A stretch of 64,000 nucleotides of DNA. Origin: Dehalococcoidia bacterium. Lineage in GTDB: Bacteria > Chloroflexota > Dehalococcoidia > Bin125. Each line of letters starts with the position of its first letter. The stretch's first letter is position 1. Shown here one piece after another: positions 53,486 through 64,000 of this stretch. A program made the position numbers and the translations under genes. The stretch lies in the NCBI GenBank assembly GCA_963555985.3, contig OY820591.1, positions 2,464,001-2,528,000 of the forward strand, written 5' to 3'. Below the pieces are notes generated by a model. It saw nothing but the letters and a program-made list of their open reading frames with translations, was not told the DNA's origin and made no database searches.

Positions 53486-54885
53486 GCGGGCGCCCCCGAG
53501 GCGGTCGGTTCAGGGGTTGGTTCGGAGACTGGCTGAGAGGTTGGATCGGGGATGTGGAGCTGGATTTCGACCAGTTCGTCGATCACCTCGCGCAGGTGTT
53601 GGTCGGGGATGCCGTCGGCGATCTCGCTGAGGAAGCCGCGCACGACCATGCGCTCGGCGACCTGGGGAGGGATGCCGCGGGCCTGGAGGTAGAAGAGTTG
53701 ATCGGGATCGACCGGCCCGACGGCGGCGGCGTGGGAGCACTTGACGTCGTCGGCCTCGATTTCGAGTACGGGGATGGGGTCTGCTCCGGCGCCATCGTCG
53801 AGGAGGAGGTTGCGCATGGTCTGGTAGGCGGCGGTCTTCTGGCCTTCGGGTTCGATCCGGATGACGCCGTACTGGACGGCGTGGGAATCGTCGGTGAGGA
53901 CGCCGCGCACGAGCAGGTCGCTGGTCGCGCCGACGCCGGTGTGGTGCTGGCGGGTGACGTGCTCGATGTGCTGGTGTTGGTCTCCGACGAAGAGTCCGCG
54001 CAATTCGGCGTGCCCGCCGGGCTGACCGAGGTTCATGTCGATCCGCTGCTTGTCGAGGTCGGCGCCGAAGGCGGCGGTGGTGACGCGGATGGTGGCGTCG
54101 CGTCCGACTTGGCCGCGCATAGTGGAGATGGCGGCGGTCTGGCGGTGCCAGCGCTGGACGGAGGCGAACTGGAGCTGCGCGCCCGGTTCGGCGATCAGTT
54201 CGACGGAGGCGTGGACGAAGGGGGTTTCGGAGAGTTGAGCGCGGCGGTCGTCGGCGTCGCCGGCGTCGATCAGGGAGAGTTGGGCTTCGCGGTCAGCGAC
54301 GACGAGGGTGTAGTGCCAGTGGTCGGACTCGTGGGTCTGCTGGGTGATGAGGTAGAAGAGCGATTCGGAGATCGCGACGCCGGGGGGGACGTAGCAGAAG
54401 ACGCCTTGCGTCCAGAGGGCGCGGCCGTAGGCGTCGTACTTATCGAGCGGGTCTCCGACAGAGCCAAGCCAGCGCCGGACGAGCTCGGGCTGCTCGCGGG
54501 CGGCGGTAGAGAGGGGCGCGAGGATGACGCCGTTGGCTTCGGCCTGGGGATCGAGATCGGAGGCGGCGACCTGTCCGCCGACTTGATGCACGAGAGCGGC
54601 GTGGGCTTCGGGGGCGAAAACGTGAGCCGGGGCGTGTCCGTTGACGCCGGGTTGGAGGTTGGCGACGCGGGCGCGTCGGGGGAGCCGGTCGCGGGGGGTG
54701 CGCCGCCAGGATTCCTCTTGGCTGCTCCACCAGTCGGATTGTTGCGCCTGTTGGAGAGCGTGGAGGCGAAATTCGCGCAGCCAGTCGGGTTCGTCCAGGG
54801 AGAAGCTGAGTTGTTCGACCTGTTCGGACAGGTCGGGCTCGGGCGAAATTTTTTCGGCGGGTTCGGAGAGTGCGGTACTCGCCAT
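53482..54885 (-). CDS. sufD: Fe-S cluster assembly protein SufD
   Basis: E.WRRT, NLLL, P.LEI.ADDVKCSH.A, LFYL..RG. Confidence 0.9.
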   Translation of the reverse strand: MASTALSEPAEKISPEPDLSEQVEQLSFSLDEPDWLREFRLHALQQAQQSDWWSSQEESWRRTPRDRLPRRARVANLQPGVNGHAPAHVFAPEAHAALVHQVGGQVAASDLDPQAEANGVILAPLSTAAREQPELVRRWLGSVGDPLDKYDAYGRALWTQGVFCYVPPGVAISESLFYLITQQTHESDHWHYTLVVADREAQLSLIDAGDADDRRAQLSETPFVHASVELIAEPGAQLQFASVQRWHRQTAAISTMRGQVGRDATIRVTTAAFGADLDKQRIDMNLGQPGGHAELRGLFVGDQHQHIEHVTRQHHTGVGATSDLLVRGVLTDDSHAVQYGVIRIEPEGQKTAAYQTMRNLLLDDGAGADPIPVLEIEADDVKCSHAAAVGPVDPDQLFYLQARGIPPQVAERMVVRGFLSEIADGIPDQHLREVIDELVEIQLHIPDPTSQPVSEPTPEPTASGAPA

Positions 54886-54910
54886 ATTGTCAGTGTTTTC
54901 TCGTCTCATC

Positions 54911-55055
54911 TGCGTTCGGGCGCTGTTCAGGATGGTTCGTCCTGTTCAGCGGGGGTTAGTCCTGTTCAGCGGGAGCTGTTCGGTTCCGTTCGATTCCGTT
55001 CGGATGCGGACGGGCGGGGACGGGTGGGTTCGGGCGGGTACGGGCAATGACGGGC
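54911..55055. repeat. Degenerate 10/20-bp-period tandem repeat between sufB and sufD
   Basis: CG(G) recurs every 10 bp from 54981 to 55055; GTCCTGTTCAGCGGG at 54939 and 54959. Confidence 0.7.
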
Positions 55056-55056
55056 A

Positions 55057-56468
<1,412 letters not shown>

Positions 56469-56472
<4 letters not shown>

Positions 56473-57236
56473 GAGGTCAGTACCTCTTCCTTGGCTCGCG
56501 CCATGAACGGTTCGTAGCCGTCGCGCTCGAGGCGCTCGGCGAGGCTGGCGTCGCCAGATTCGACGATCCGGCCGTCGATCAGGACGTGGACGTGGTCGGG
56601 TTCTACATAGCGCAGGATGCGCTGGTAGTGGGTGATCAGGAGGATCGCGTTGTCGTCGGAGTGGAAGGTGTTGATGCCTTCGCTGACGATGCGGAGGGCG
56701 TCGATGTCGAGGCCGGAGTCGGTTTCGTCCATGACCGCGACGAGCGGTTGGAGGAGTCCGAGCTGGAGGATTTCGGCGCGCTTCTTCTCGCCGCCGGAGA
56801 AGCCGTCGTTGACGTAGCGGCGGACGAAGGACTCGTCCATCTGCAAGCGTCCGAGCACCTCATTGAGCAGCTGGCGGAACTCGCGCACGGGGATGTCGGA
56901 ACCTCGGCGGGCGCTGATGGCGCGGCGGAGGAAGTTGATCATCGAGACGCCGGGGATGTCGGTGGGGTACTGGAAGGCGAGGAAGAGTCCCATGCGGGCG
57001 CGTTCGTCGGGGGCGGTTTCGATGATGCTCTCACCGTTGAGGCGGATGTCGCCGCCGTTGATCGTGTAGCGGGGATGTCCCATCAGAGCGTTGGCCAGGG
57101 TGCTTTTGCCCGAGCCGTTGGGGCCCATGATCGCGTGGACTTCGCCCGGTTGGAGAGTGAGCGAGAGTCCGTTGACGATCTGTTTGTCTTCGACGGCGAC
57201 GCGGAGGTCGTCGATCGCAAAGAGCGCTGGGGTCAT
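56469..57236 (-). CDS. sufC: Fe-S cluster assembly ATPase SufC
   Basis: [41 protein letters not shown]. Confidence 0.96.
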
Positions 57237-57270
57237 CCGGCCTCATCTTTCCGTGTGGTGGTACAGGCGC

Positions 57271-57918
57271 TCAGACGGCCTGTTTGACGAATTCGTCTGC
57301 CGATGTCTGGGGCAGGGGAATGATGTAGATGCAGCCGTCGTCGCCCTCGACGACGCGGCCGGTTTGTTCGACCTCGACTCCGAGCAGTTTCTCGATGGCG
57401 AGGCGATCGGCTTCGCAGACGCAGGAGCTGGTGCTGGCCGCGCCCAGGTAGGGGCAGGCGTTGTTGACCAGTTGCAGGACTTCGCCGTCGCGCTCCCAGC
57501 GGTCGAGGATGCCCTCGCTGCGGAGTGCGGTGACGACGTTGTCGACGCGTTCTTCGAGCGAGCCGGCGGCGACCTCGTCGCGGTGGGCTTCGGCGAGTTG
57601 ATCGGCGAGCGCTTCCGAGATCGCGGTGGGCGGCACGCGCAGGCGGACCATTTCGGCGAGCAGGCGCTCGGCGAGTTCGGGGGTGTGGTCGCGGACGGCG
57701 TGGACGCCCTGATCGGTGGCGCGGTAGAGGTAGGAGGGGCGGCCCGGTCCGCGGCGCAGTGCTTCGACCTGCAAGAGTCCCTCGGCTTCGAGCCGATCGA
57801 GGTGGCGGCGCACGGTGGCGTCGGAGATGCCCATTTCGCCGCTCAAGGTGGCGACGGTCGCGCCGCCGAGTTGGACGACGCGCTCCAGCAGGCTCGTACG
57901 AGTTTCGCGTGGTCGCAT
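57271..57918 (-). CDS. SufR-like HTH transcriptional regulator
   Basis: TVRRHL..LE..GL, GRP..Y, N.CPY, C..D, GD..C; AGGAGG RBS; first gene of the suf operon. Confidence 0.85.
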   Translation of the reverse strand: MRPRETRTSLLERVVQLGGATVATLSGEMGISDATVRRHLDRLEAEGLLQVEALRRGPGRPSYLYRATDQGVHAVRDHTPELAERLLAEMVRLRVPPTAISEALADQLAEAHRDEVAAGSLEERVDNVVTALRSEGILDRWERDGEVLQLVNNACPYLGAASTSSCVCEADRLAIEKLLGVEVEQTGRVVEGDDGCIYIIPLPQTSADEFVKQAV

Positions 57919-57982
57919 GTGAGCCTCCTGTCCGCGCGCGCCGGCGATTCGATTCCGGCGATCCATCTTGGCATTTCTGAGT

Positions 57983-58005
57983 TTATCAACATCTCTACGT
58001 GATAA
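57983..58005. promoter_or_regulatory. AT-rich inverted repeat upstream of sufR (candidate operator)
   Basis: TTATCA-N11-TGATAA in an AT-rich intergenic patch. Confidence 0.45.
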
Positions 58006-58055
58006 TGCAGTCTTTCTAGCTAGAATTCGGCGGCGCGGGTAATCCGAACGACAGA

Positions 58056-58868
58056 TCACTCGCTGCTCGGGGGCGCGGGCAGGGCGACCAGCACCGGCCG
58101 CTCCAGTTGGGGATGCCGCTGGAGCGCGAAATCGATCCCGAAGATCGGACGCAGCACCGCTGGATCCAAGGCAATTTCGGGCACGTCGCAGATCACGAGT
58201 CGTCCGCGATGGAGTAGAGCCACGCGATCGGCGTAGGCGGCGGCCAAGTTGAGATCGTGCAAGACCGCGACGATTGCGGCGCCTTCCTGCACCAGATCGC
58301 GCATCAGATTGAGCACCAGATGCTGATGGCGTGGATCGAGGTGGGCGGTGGGTTCGTCGATCAGGAGGATTGGCGTCTCCTGGGCGAGTACGCGGGCGAG
58401 CGTGACGCGGGACTGTTCGCCGCCGGAGAGGGTGGGATAGGCGCGCACGGCATAATCGCGCGTATCGGTAAGTCCCATCGCGTAATCGGTCAAGCGAGCG
58501 CCGTGTTCGCGTTCGCCGCGTTCGCCCTCCCAGGGAGCGCGGCCCATGCGCACGACTTCGCGGGCGGTGAAGAGGAAGGGCAAGTGCGCGCTCTGGGGCA
58601 TGACCGCGCGGCGGCGGGCGAGTTCGCGGGGATCGAAATCGGCGAGCGGGCGGTCGTCGATGTAGACCGTGCCCGCGTCGGGGACAACATCGCCCGAAAA
58701 GGCGCGCAGCAGCGTCGTCTTGCCCGCGCCGTTCGGCCCGACGATGGCGACTAATTCGCCGCCATGCACGGGCAGCGTGATATCGCGCAGCAAGTCCTTG
58801 CCGTCCAGTGCGACGGTCACGTCTTCGCAGCGCAGGACGGCGTCGCGGGAGAGGTCGTCCGTAGTCAC
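58056..58868 (-). CDS. HmuV-like ABC transporter ATP-binding protein
   Basis: GPNGAGKT, ARRRAVMPQ, LSGGE..RV.LARVLAQ, LHDLNLA. Confidence 0.88.
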   Translation of the reverse strand: MTTDDLSRDAVLRCEDVTVALDGKDLLRDITLPVHGGELVAIVGPNGAGKTTLLRAFSGDVVPDAGTVYIDDRPLADFDPRELARRRAVMPQSAHLPFLFTAREVVRMGRAPWEGERGEREHGARLTDYAMGLTDTRDYAVRAYPTLSGGEQSRVTLARVLAQETPILLIDEPTAHLDPRHQHLVLNLMRDLVQEGAAIVAVLHDLNLAAAYADRVALLHRGRLVICDVPEIALDPAVLRPIFGIDFALQRHPQLERPVLVALPAPPSSE

Positions 58869-58906
58869 ACTCTGAGCTTATCGCCTGCTCGGGTTGGGGG
58901 CTGCCG

Positions 58907-60019
58907 CTACCAACCGGCCATCGCCAGACTGCGGCGGGCGCGGTCGATCAGGAAGAGGAAGACGGGCGTCCCGATGATCGCGGTGAGGACGCCGAGCGGC
59001 AACTCGGCGGGCGCGGCGATCGTGCGCGCGCCGAGGTCGGCGCCCAAGACCAGGATCGCGCCGGCGAGGGCGCTCGCGGGCAGCAGGCGGCGGTGATCCG
59101 GTCCTACCGCGAGACGGACGAGGTGGGGCGCGATCAGACCGACGAATCCGACCACACCCGCGACGGCGACGCCCGCGCCGGTGGCGAGCGCGGCGCCGGT
59201 CACGATCGTCAGCTGGGCGCGTTCGACCCGCAGCCCCAGATGGCGCGCCTCGGCGTCGCCCAACGTGAGCAGGTTGAGCGCTCCCGCCTGGCGGATCAGC
59301 ACCGCCAGCGCGACCAGCACCAGCGGTCCCGCCGCCAGCACGTAATCCCAGACCGAGCCGGCCAGACTGCCCAGCAGCCAGGAGACGATATCGCGCAGCT
59401 CGGCGTCGTCGGCGAAGGCGGCGATGAAGCTGATCGCCGAGCCCAAGAGCGCGTTCACGGCGATCCCGACCAGCAGCATGGTCGCCATCTGGCCGCGCCC
59501 GCCGCCGCGCCGGGCGAAGGCGTAGATCGCCAGCGTGAGCACCAGGCCGCCGACAAACGCGGCCAGCGGCAGGGCGAATAGTCCGAGCGTGCTGAGGCCG
59601 ATCACGACCGCCAGCGCTACGGCAAAAGCCGCCCCGCTGGAGACCCCGATCAGACCCGGATCGGCCAACGGGTTGCGGAAGAGTCCCTGCAAGACCGCGC
59701 CGGAGATGCCCAATCCCGCTCCGACCAAGGCGGCCATCAACATTCGCGGCAGGCGGATCACCCAGACCACCGCTTCGTCGCGCTGGCTGTATTCGATTCC
59801 CAGTCCGATCCCGAGCTTGTCGAAGAGAATGCCGACGACGCGCCCCAACTCGACATCGAACGCGCCCAGGATCAGATTCAGCGCCGCCAGGATGACCACG
59901 CCGGCGGTGAGCATTCCCCAGGCTGCGGGCGAACGAATGCGGGAGAGCGGCTCGGCGACGTGGGCGATATCCGGCCGGCGTTTTCGCAGCTGGGCCAGCG
60001 GGCCGCTCGCCATCGTCAC
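58907..60019 (-). CDS. FecCD/HmuU-like ABC permease
   Basis: IRLPR, QGLFRNPLADPG, EARHLG, FVGL.APH, ELPLG. Confidence 0.9.
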   Translation of the reverse strand: MTMASGPLAQLRKRRPDIAHVAEPLSRIRSPAAWGMLTAGVVILAALNLILGAFDVELGRVVGILFDKLGIGLGIEYSQRDEAVVWVIRLPRMLMAALVGAGLGISGAVLQGLFRNPLADPGLIGVSSGAAFAVALAVVIGLSTLGLFALPLAAFVGGLVLTLAIYAFARRGGGRGQMATMLLVGIAVNALLGSAISFIAAFADDAELRDIVSWLLGSLAGSVWDYVLAAGPLVLVALAVLIRQAGALNLLTLGDAEARHLGLRVERAQLTIVTGAALATGAGVAVAGVVGFVGLIAPHLVRLAVGPDHRRLLPASALAGAILVLGADLGARTIAAPAELPLGVLTAIIGTPVFLFLIDRARRSLAMAGW

Positions 60020-61194
60020 TCCTCCTGCAAGGCTTGCAGATAGGCGCTCAACTCCGCGATCGCCTCCGGCAGGCGCGGGCCGAAGCCGAGCAGGTAGAGA
60101 TCGGACATCGCGATCAGGCGGCGTTCACGCCCTGCGGTCGTCTCAGCCATGCCGGGGATTGCGAGCAGTTCGTCGATCCCGCCAATCACGTCCAGCCCCA
60201 GTTCCATGACCAGATAGACATCAGGGTTGGCGGCGACCAGCGCTTCGGGGGTAAGCGCCTGCCAACCGACGATGCCGGCCTCTGCGCCCGCGTCGATCCC
60301 GCCCGCCGCCTCAATGATCGTCTGGGCTTCGTTGCCTTGACCGGAGACGAGCTGCAAACCGCCGCGGCGAATGTAGATCAACAGTACCCGCAGCGGTTGC
60401 TCAATGTCCTGAGCTTGCGCGAGCACGGCTGACAGCCGCGCTTCGACATCCCCGGCCAGCGCCTCAGCGGTTTCGGACAAGCTCAGGGCCGCGCCAATCG
60501 CGCGAATCTTGATTCCGGGCGCGTCCAAGCCGGTTGGCGTCTCGATGATTAGCAAGTCAACGCCCGCTGCCTCCAATTGCTCCAAGACGCCGGGCGGCCC
60601 GGCCAGCGAATTGCCGATCACGAGCGTAGGTTCGAGGGCGAGGATCGCCTCCACGTTCAGGGCTCCGGCGAAGCCCAGATTGGGCAGCGTCTCGGTGTCG
60701 GTCGGGTAGATCGAGCTGGTGTCGCGCCCGACCAGGAATTCCTGAGCGCCGAGCGCGTAGACGATTTCCGTCAAGTCGCCGAAGAGGGTGATGATCCGCG
60801 TGCCTTCGGGCACTGCTTCGGCGGGCGTTGGATCGGCAACTGTCTGTTCTGCTTGCTCTTGCTCAATCGTTTCGGACGGAGCGCTCTGTTGCTGCGAGTC
60901 TTGCTGCGACGGCTGCGCCGCCTGCTGATCCGGCTGAGCGGATGCGGCGGGCGCCGGCTCTGCTTGCGGTTCGGTTTGCGCCTGTTGCGCCGGCTCCGGG
61001 CTTGGCGCGGTTTGGGCTTGAGATTGCGGTTCGGCGGTCTGGGCGGCGGCTTGAACGGCGGGTTGCGGCTGCGGCTCTGCGGCGTCGGTTTGCGGCTCTT
61101 CACGCTCGCCGCAAGCTGCTGCGAGCAGCAAGATCAGCGCCAGCAGGCTGAGCAAGAGACTCGACCCGGCACGCGCAGCGATGGCTCGTTGCAT
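60016..61194 (-). CDS. HmuT-like substrate-binding lipoprotein
   Basis: Lipobox AAAC; TEIVYALG, GRD.SS.YP, E.IL.L.PTL, LLGFGPR. Confidence 0.82.
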   Translation of the reverse strand: MQRAIAARAGSSLLLSLLALILLLAAACGEREEPQTDAAEPQPQPAVQAAAQTAEPQSQAQTAPSPEPAQQAQTEPQAEPAPAASAQPDQQAAQPSQQDSQQQSAPSETIEQEQAEQTVADPTPAEAVPEGTRIITLFGDLTEIVYALGAQEFLVGRDTSSIYPTDTETLPNLGFAGALNVEAILALEPTLVIGNSLAGPPGVLEQLEAAGVDLLIIETPTGLDAPGIKIRAIGAALSLSETAEALAGDVEARLSAVLAQAQDIEQPLRVLLIYIRRGGLQLVSGQGNEAQTIIEAAGGIDAGAEAGIVGWQALTPEALVAANPDVYLVMELGLDVIGGIDELLAIPGMAETTAGRERRLIAMSDLYLLGFGPRLPEAIAELSAYLQALQEE

Positions 61195-61333
61195 CTGTAC
61201 TGTCTCTCCCGCGCCGGAAGCTCAAGCCAACAAGGTTGCCTGCACTGGTATATCACTCAGATTTCGACAGAAACACCAACGGCGATACAGGCTGGGAAGC
61301 TGAGGGTGGACTTGCGATCCTCTCTCCCCGCAA

Positions 61334-61539
61334 GAGACCGATGCATAATCCATGTTCCGTCATTCCCGCGTTCGGAGAGCTTTGCGAAAATTCTCTTGTG
61401 GGCGCATTGGAGTTTGGAGAAGGGGATCGCGCGATGTGAGGTTGGCGGTACGACCAGATTGGGAGTGGTTTCATACTTGGTTGCTTCGAGATTCCCGCCT
61501 GCGCGGGAATGACGGATTTTGGGATTACGCGCAGGTCTC
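61334..61539. mobile_element. Nested MITE-like element; inner part is an inverted homologue of 38455-38618
   Basis: GAGACCGATGCATAATCC...GGATTACGCGCAGGTCTC; inner end GAGAGCTTTGCGAAAA at 61375; shared interior GCGATG.GAGGT.GG.GGTACGACCAGAT. Confidence 0.72.
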
Positions 61540-61617
61540 CTCAAGGGGGAAAGGAGGGAGTAGAGCCCGGCCTGGGCGGGAATGAGGGATCAGGAGGAGA
61601 GGCTTTTCGGCGATTTG

Positions 61618-62376
61618 TTAGAGGTGGAGCTTCATGCCGTCGTGGACGGCGGCGACTTCGCCTTTGAAGATCTGCGACGCAGCGGCCGCCGCCGCATCCC
61701 GATCGGCGTCGAACCAGAAGTGGGTGAGCAGCAAGCGCTGGACTCCGGCTTCGCGGGCCAACTCGGCCGCTTGCACGGCGGTCAGATGACCGCGCACGGG
61801 GCCGGCTTCGGGTTCGTCGAGCGTCGCTTCTGCGAGCAGGGTGTCGGAGCCGCGCGCGAGTTCGCAGACGGCCGGGGAGGGAGCGGTGTCGCCGGTGTAG
61901 GTGAGGCTGGTGGAACCGTCGATCCGCAGGGCCCAGCCGGGGATGTAGTGCACGCCGACGGCGCAGCGCGCTTGCAGACCGTCGCCCAGCGCGATCGGGG
62001 CGGCGCTGTCGTACTCGCGCACCTGGAAGACGGTGTGGAGGAAATCGGGCGGGAAACAGACTGCGGCCAGGACTTGGCGCAGCGTCTCGCTGCCGTCCGG
62101 AGGCAGGTAGAGCGCGATCCGCTGCTCGGGGAGACCGTTCATATCGCGGGTAAGACGGAAGCGCAGGGGCAAGAGATCGATGAAATGATCGGCATGCATA
62201 TGGGAGATGATGATCGCGTCCAGATCGAACTGGGGGCGTTCGGCCAAGAGCGCCGAAGCGATTCCATGCCCGCAATCGAGCAGGACGCTGCGCCCGCGAT
62301 CTTCGACGAGATAGCCCGAACTCGCGCCGCCGCCGGGCGGGCAGGCGGCACCCGAGCCCAATACCGTGAGCTGCAT
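61618..62376 (-). CDS. MBL-fold metallohydrolase (RNase Z/PhnP-like)
   Basis: LTVLGS, LLDCG.G, SHMHADH, YTGDT, LLTH. Confidence 0.9.
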   Translation of the reverse strand: MQLTVLGSGAACPPGGGASSGYLVEDRGRSVLLDCGHGIASALLAERPQFDLDAIIISHMHADHFIDLLPLRFRLTRDMNGLPEQRIALYLPPDGSETLRQVLAAVCFPPDFLHTVFQVREYDSAAPIALGDGLQARCAVGVHYIPGWALRIDGSTSLTYTGDTAPSPAVCELARGSDTLLAEATLDEPEAGPVRGHLTAVQAAELAREAGVQRLLLTHFWFDADRDAAAAAASQIFKGEVAAVHDGMKLHL

Positions 62377-62524
62377 CCGCTACTCCCTGATCGCCCGACC
62401 GTCCCGCATGATCCGGGGGCTGCGCGCGGTATGGTGCGCGTGCGCCTTCGCTCGCCCGATTGGGCTGATCCTACGCACGTAGTTTCGGCGCGTTCTATCA
62501 ACCACGCGCCAGAAGCGAGCGCCG

Positions 62525-62728
62525 ATGCCCGCATTGCCGCCCTCAAACCGTTCCCAGCCCCCCAGAGGACTGTGCGATCGCTGTTCCTTCGCGCGCTTGA
62601 TCGGCAATCGCAGAGGCAGCGTCTTTCTGCGCTGCGGACGACATGACGAAGACGCGAGTTACGCGAAGTATCCGCGCCTGCCGGTATTCGAGTGTCGCGG
62701 ATTCAGTCCGAATGACGAGCGCGAGTGA
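62525..62728 (+). CDS. Small four-cysteine hypothetical protein
   Basis: GLCDRC..AR.I...RGS.F.RC...D..Y.KYP.LPV..C.GF. Confidence 0.65.
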   Translation: MPALPPSNRSQPPRGLCDRCSFARLIGNRRGSVFLRCGRHDEDASYAKYPRLPVFECRGFSPNDERE

Positions 62729-62797
62729 GCCGTTCGGCGCGCCTATCCTCTGTGTGCGCAGCGGCCGGCGCGGCTGCGCTCTTGGAGGACGGGATCG

Positions 62798-63910
62798 ATG
62801 GGCACACTCTCGCCGCGCTGGCTGCGAGCGGTCTCCGAGGCGTGTCTGCGCATTCTGGTGGTTGCCGCTGCGCTGATTCTGCTCGGCCTGGCAATGGATC
62901 GCCTGCGCGTGATCGTGCTGCCGCTGCTGGCGGCGATCATCCTGGCGACGGCGTTGATGCCGCTCAAGCACCGGCTGGTGCGGCGCGGGCTGCCCAACAC
63001 GCAGGCGACGGTGGTCGTGGTCGGCAGCGCGATTGCGGTGTTGGGCGCGATCGGTTACGGCACCGTCGAAGGCTTGGCGGCGGATTTCGATGAGCTCGAA
63101 GTCGATATTCAGGCCGGCTTCACGCAGGCGGTGGAATCGGTCGGCGGTTGGTTCGGACTGTCGGAAGAGCAGACGGACGAGGCGATCGACGACATTCTGG
63201 AGGGCATTCGCGGCAACGCGGGGACGGTCGCGGGCGGGCTGTTCTCGGGCGTACTGGTCGCGTTTGAGATCGTCGCGGGCGCGATCCTCCTGGTCGTGTT
63301 GATGTTCCTGATCGTGAAGGACGCGGAGCGGATGCAATGGGAGATCGCGCGCCGGCTGGGGGGCGAACACCGGCACGACTTCCTGCTGCTGACGACGGGA
63401 CTCTGGGAGACCTTGGGGCGCTATTTCCGGGGCGTCGCGATCGTCGCCTTCATGGATGCGTTCTTTATCGGGATTGGCTTGGTGATCATCGGGATTCCGT
63501 TCGCGCTGCCGCTGGCGGTGTTGACGTTCTTCGGGGCGTTCATTCCCGTGATTGGGGCGGTGCTGGCGGGGCTGGCGGCGTTTCTGATCGCGCTGGCGAC
63601 CGAGGGCGTGACGGCGGCGCTGATCGTGGGCGGGCTGGTGCTGGCGGTGCAGCAGATCGAGGGCAACGTGCTCGCGCCCTACATCGTGGGGCGGCAGGTG
63701 TCGCTGCATCCGGCGGTAATCCTGCTGGCGGTGGCGACGGGGGGGACGCTGTGGGGGATTCTGGGCGCGTTCGTGGCGGTGCCGGTGACGGTGATCGCGG
63801 TGGCGATCGTCGACTTCTACACGCGCAGCGGCCAGTACGCGCTGCGCAAAACCAGCGTGACGCAGCGCGAGACCGAGGAGGGCGAAGAGTCCGGTGAGGC
63901 GATCGGGTGA
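62798..63910 (+). CDS. AI-2E family transporter
   Basis: FIPVIG, QQIEGNVL.P.I.G..V.LHP, GILGA..AVP. Confidence 0.92.
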   Translation: MGTLSPRWLRAVSEACLRILVVAAALILLGLAMDRLRVIVLPLLAAIILATALMPLKHRLVRRGLPNTQATVVVVGSAIAVLGAIGYGTVEGLAADFDELEVDIQAGFTQAVESVGGWFGLSEEQTDEAIDDILEGIRGNAGTVAGGLFSGVLVAFEIVAGAILLVVLMFLIVKDAERMQWEIARRLGGEHRHDFLLLTTGLWETLGRYFRGVAIVAFMDAFFIGIGLVIIGIPFALPLAVLTFFGAFIPVIGAVLAGLAAFLIALATEGVTAALIVGGLVLAVQQIEGNVLAPYIVGRQVSLHPAVILLAVATGGTLWGILGAFVAVPVTVIAVAIVDFYTRSGQYALRKTSVTQRETEEGEESGEAIG

Positions 63911-63950
63911 GTCCCAGTTCGCTTCAACGGGGCCGACGCGCCGCGTCCGC

Positions 63951-64000
63951 TCAGGCCAGTAGGAATAGCAAGGCGCTCGCGCCTGCATAGCCGCCGACCA
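63951..64000 (-). CDS. Probable 3' end of a membrane-protein gene (partial)
   Basis: Minus strand reads ...VGGYAGASALLFLLA*. Confidence 0.35.
   Translation of the reverse strand, partial: VGGYAGASALLFLLA

Noticed and set aside
54911-55000. Repeated GTTC as alphaproteobacterial-type LexA direct repeats (GTTC-N7-GTTC)
   Set aside because: Spacings are mostly 5-6 nt and the tract is better explained as a tandem repeat
61195-61320. Cobalamin riboswitch upstream of the ABC importer
   Set aside because: No B12-box or conserved core recognised on the coding strand; only a weak CAAC-AAG-GTTG palindrome. An Rfam scan would settle it

Overview
GC-rich bacterial chromosomal segment with about 60 protein-coding genes. 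I recognised no rRNA, tRNA, CRISPR array, intact transposase or prophage. Gene content (Tat-lipoprotein family-5 binding protein with poly-Gln linker, two luciferase-like monooxygenases, double CaiB CoA-transferase, Uma2 paralogues, type-2 IleRS, SufR-led SUF operon) suggests Chloroflexota (Dehalococcoidia/SAR202-like); this is inference only. Housekeeping genes: mrdA, mtaB, rimO, rpsT, murJ, ileS, proB, sufR-C-B-D-Rieske-S-U-DUF59, and a HmuTUV-like ABC importer. Accessory genes: hicAB, fic, a methyltransferase-Mrr fusion and two Uma2 copies. Signals the ORF track does not show: (1) a thioredoxin-NHL selenoprotein with in-frame UGA (UxxC) and a SECIS-like hairpin; (2) a 77-aa zinc-ribbon microprotein with a beta-clamp-type motif (QLPLF) behind a sigma70 promoter overlapped by an SOS-like box, plus two orphan genes sharing a related promoter motif; (3) MITE-like elements with GAGAC-type ends, one with a perfect 6-bp target duplication, whose ends repeatedly fall in the loops of two REP-like hairpin families; (4) IleRS with the non-canonical GxHH signature.
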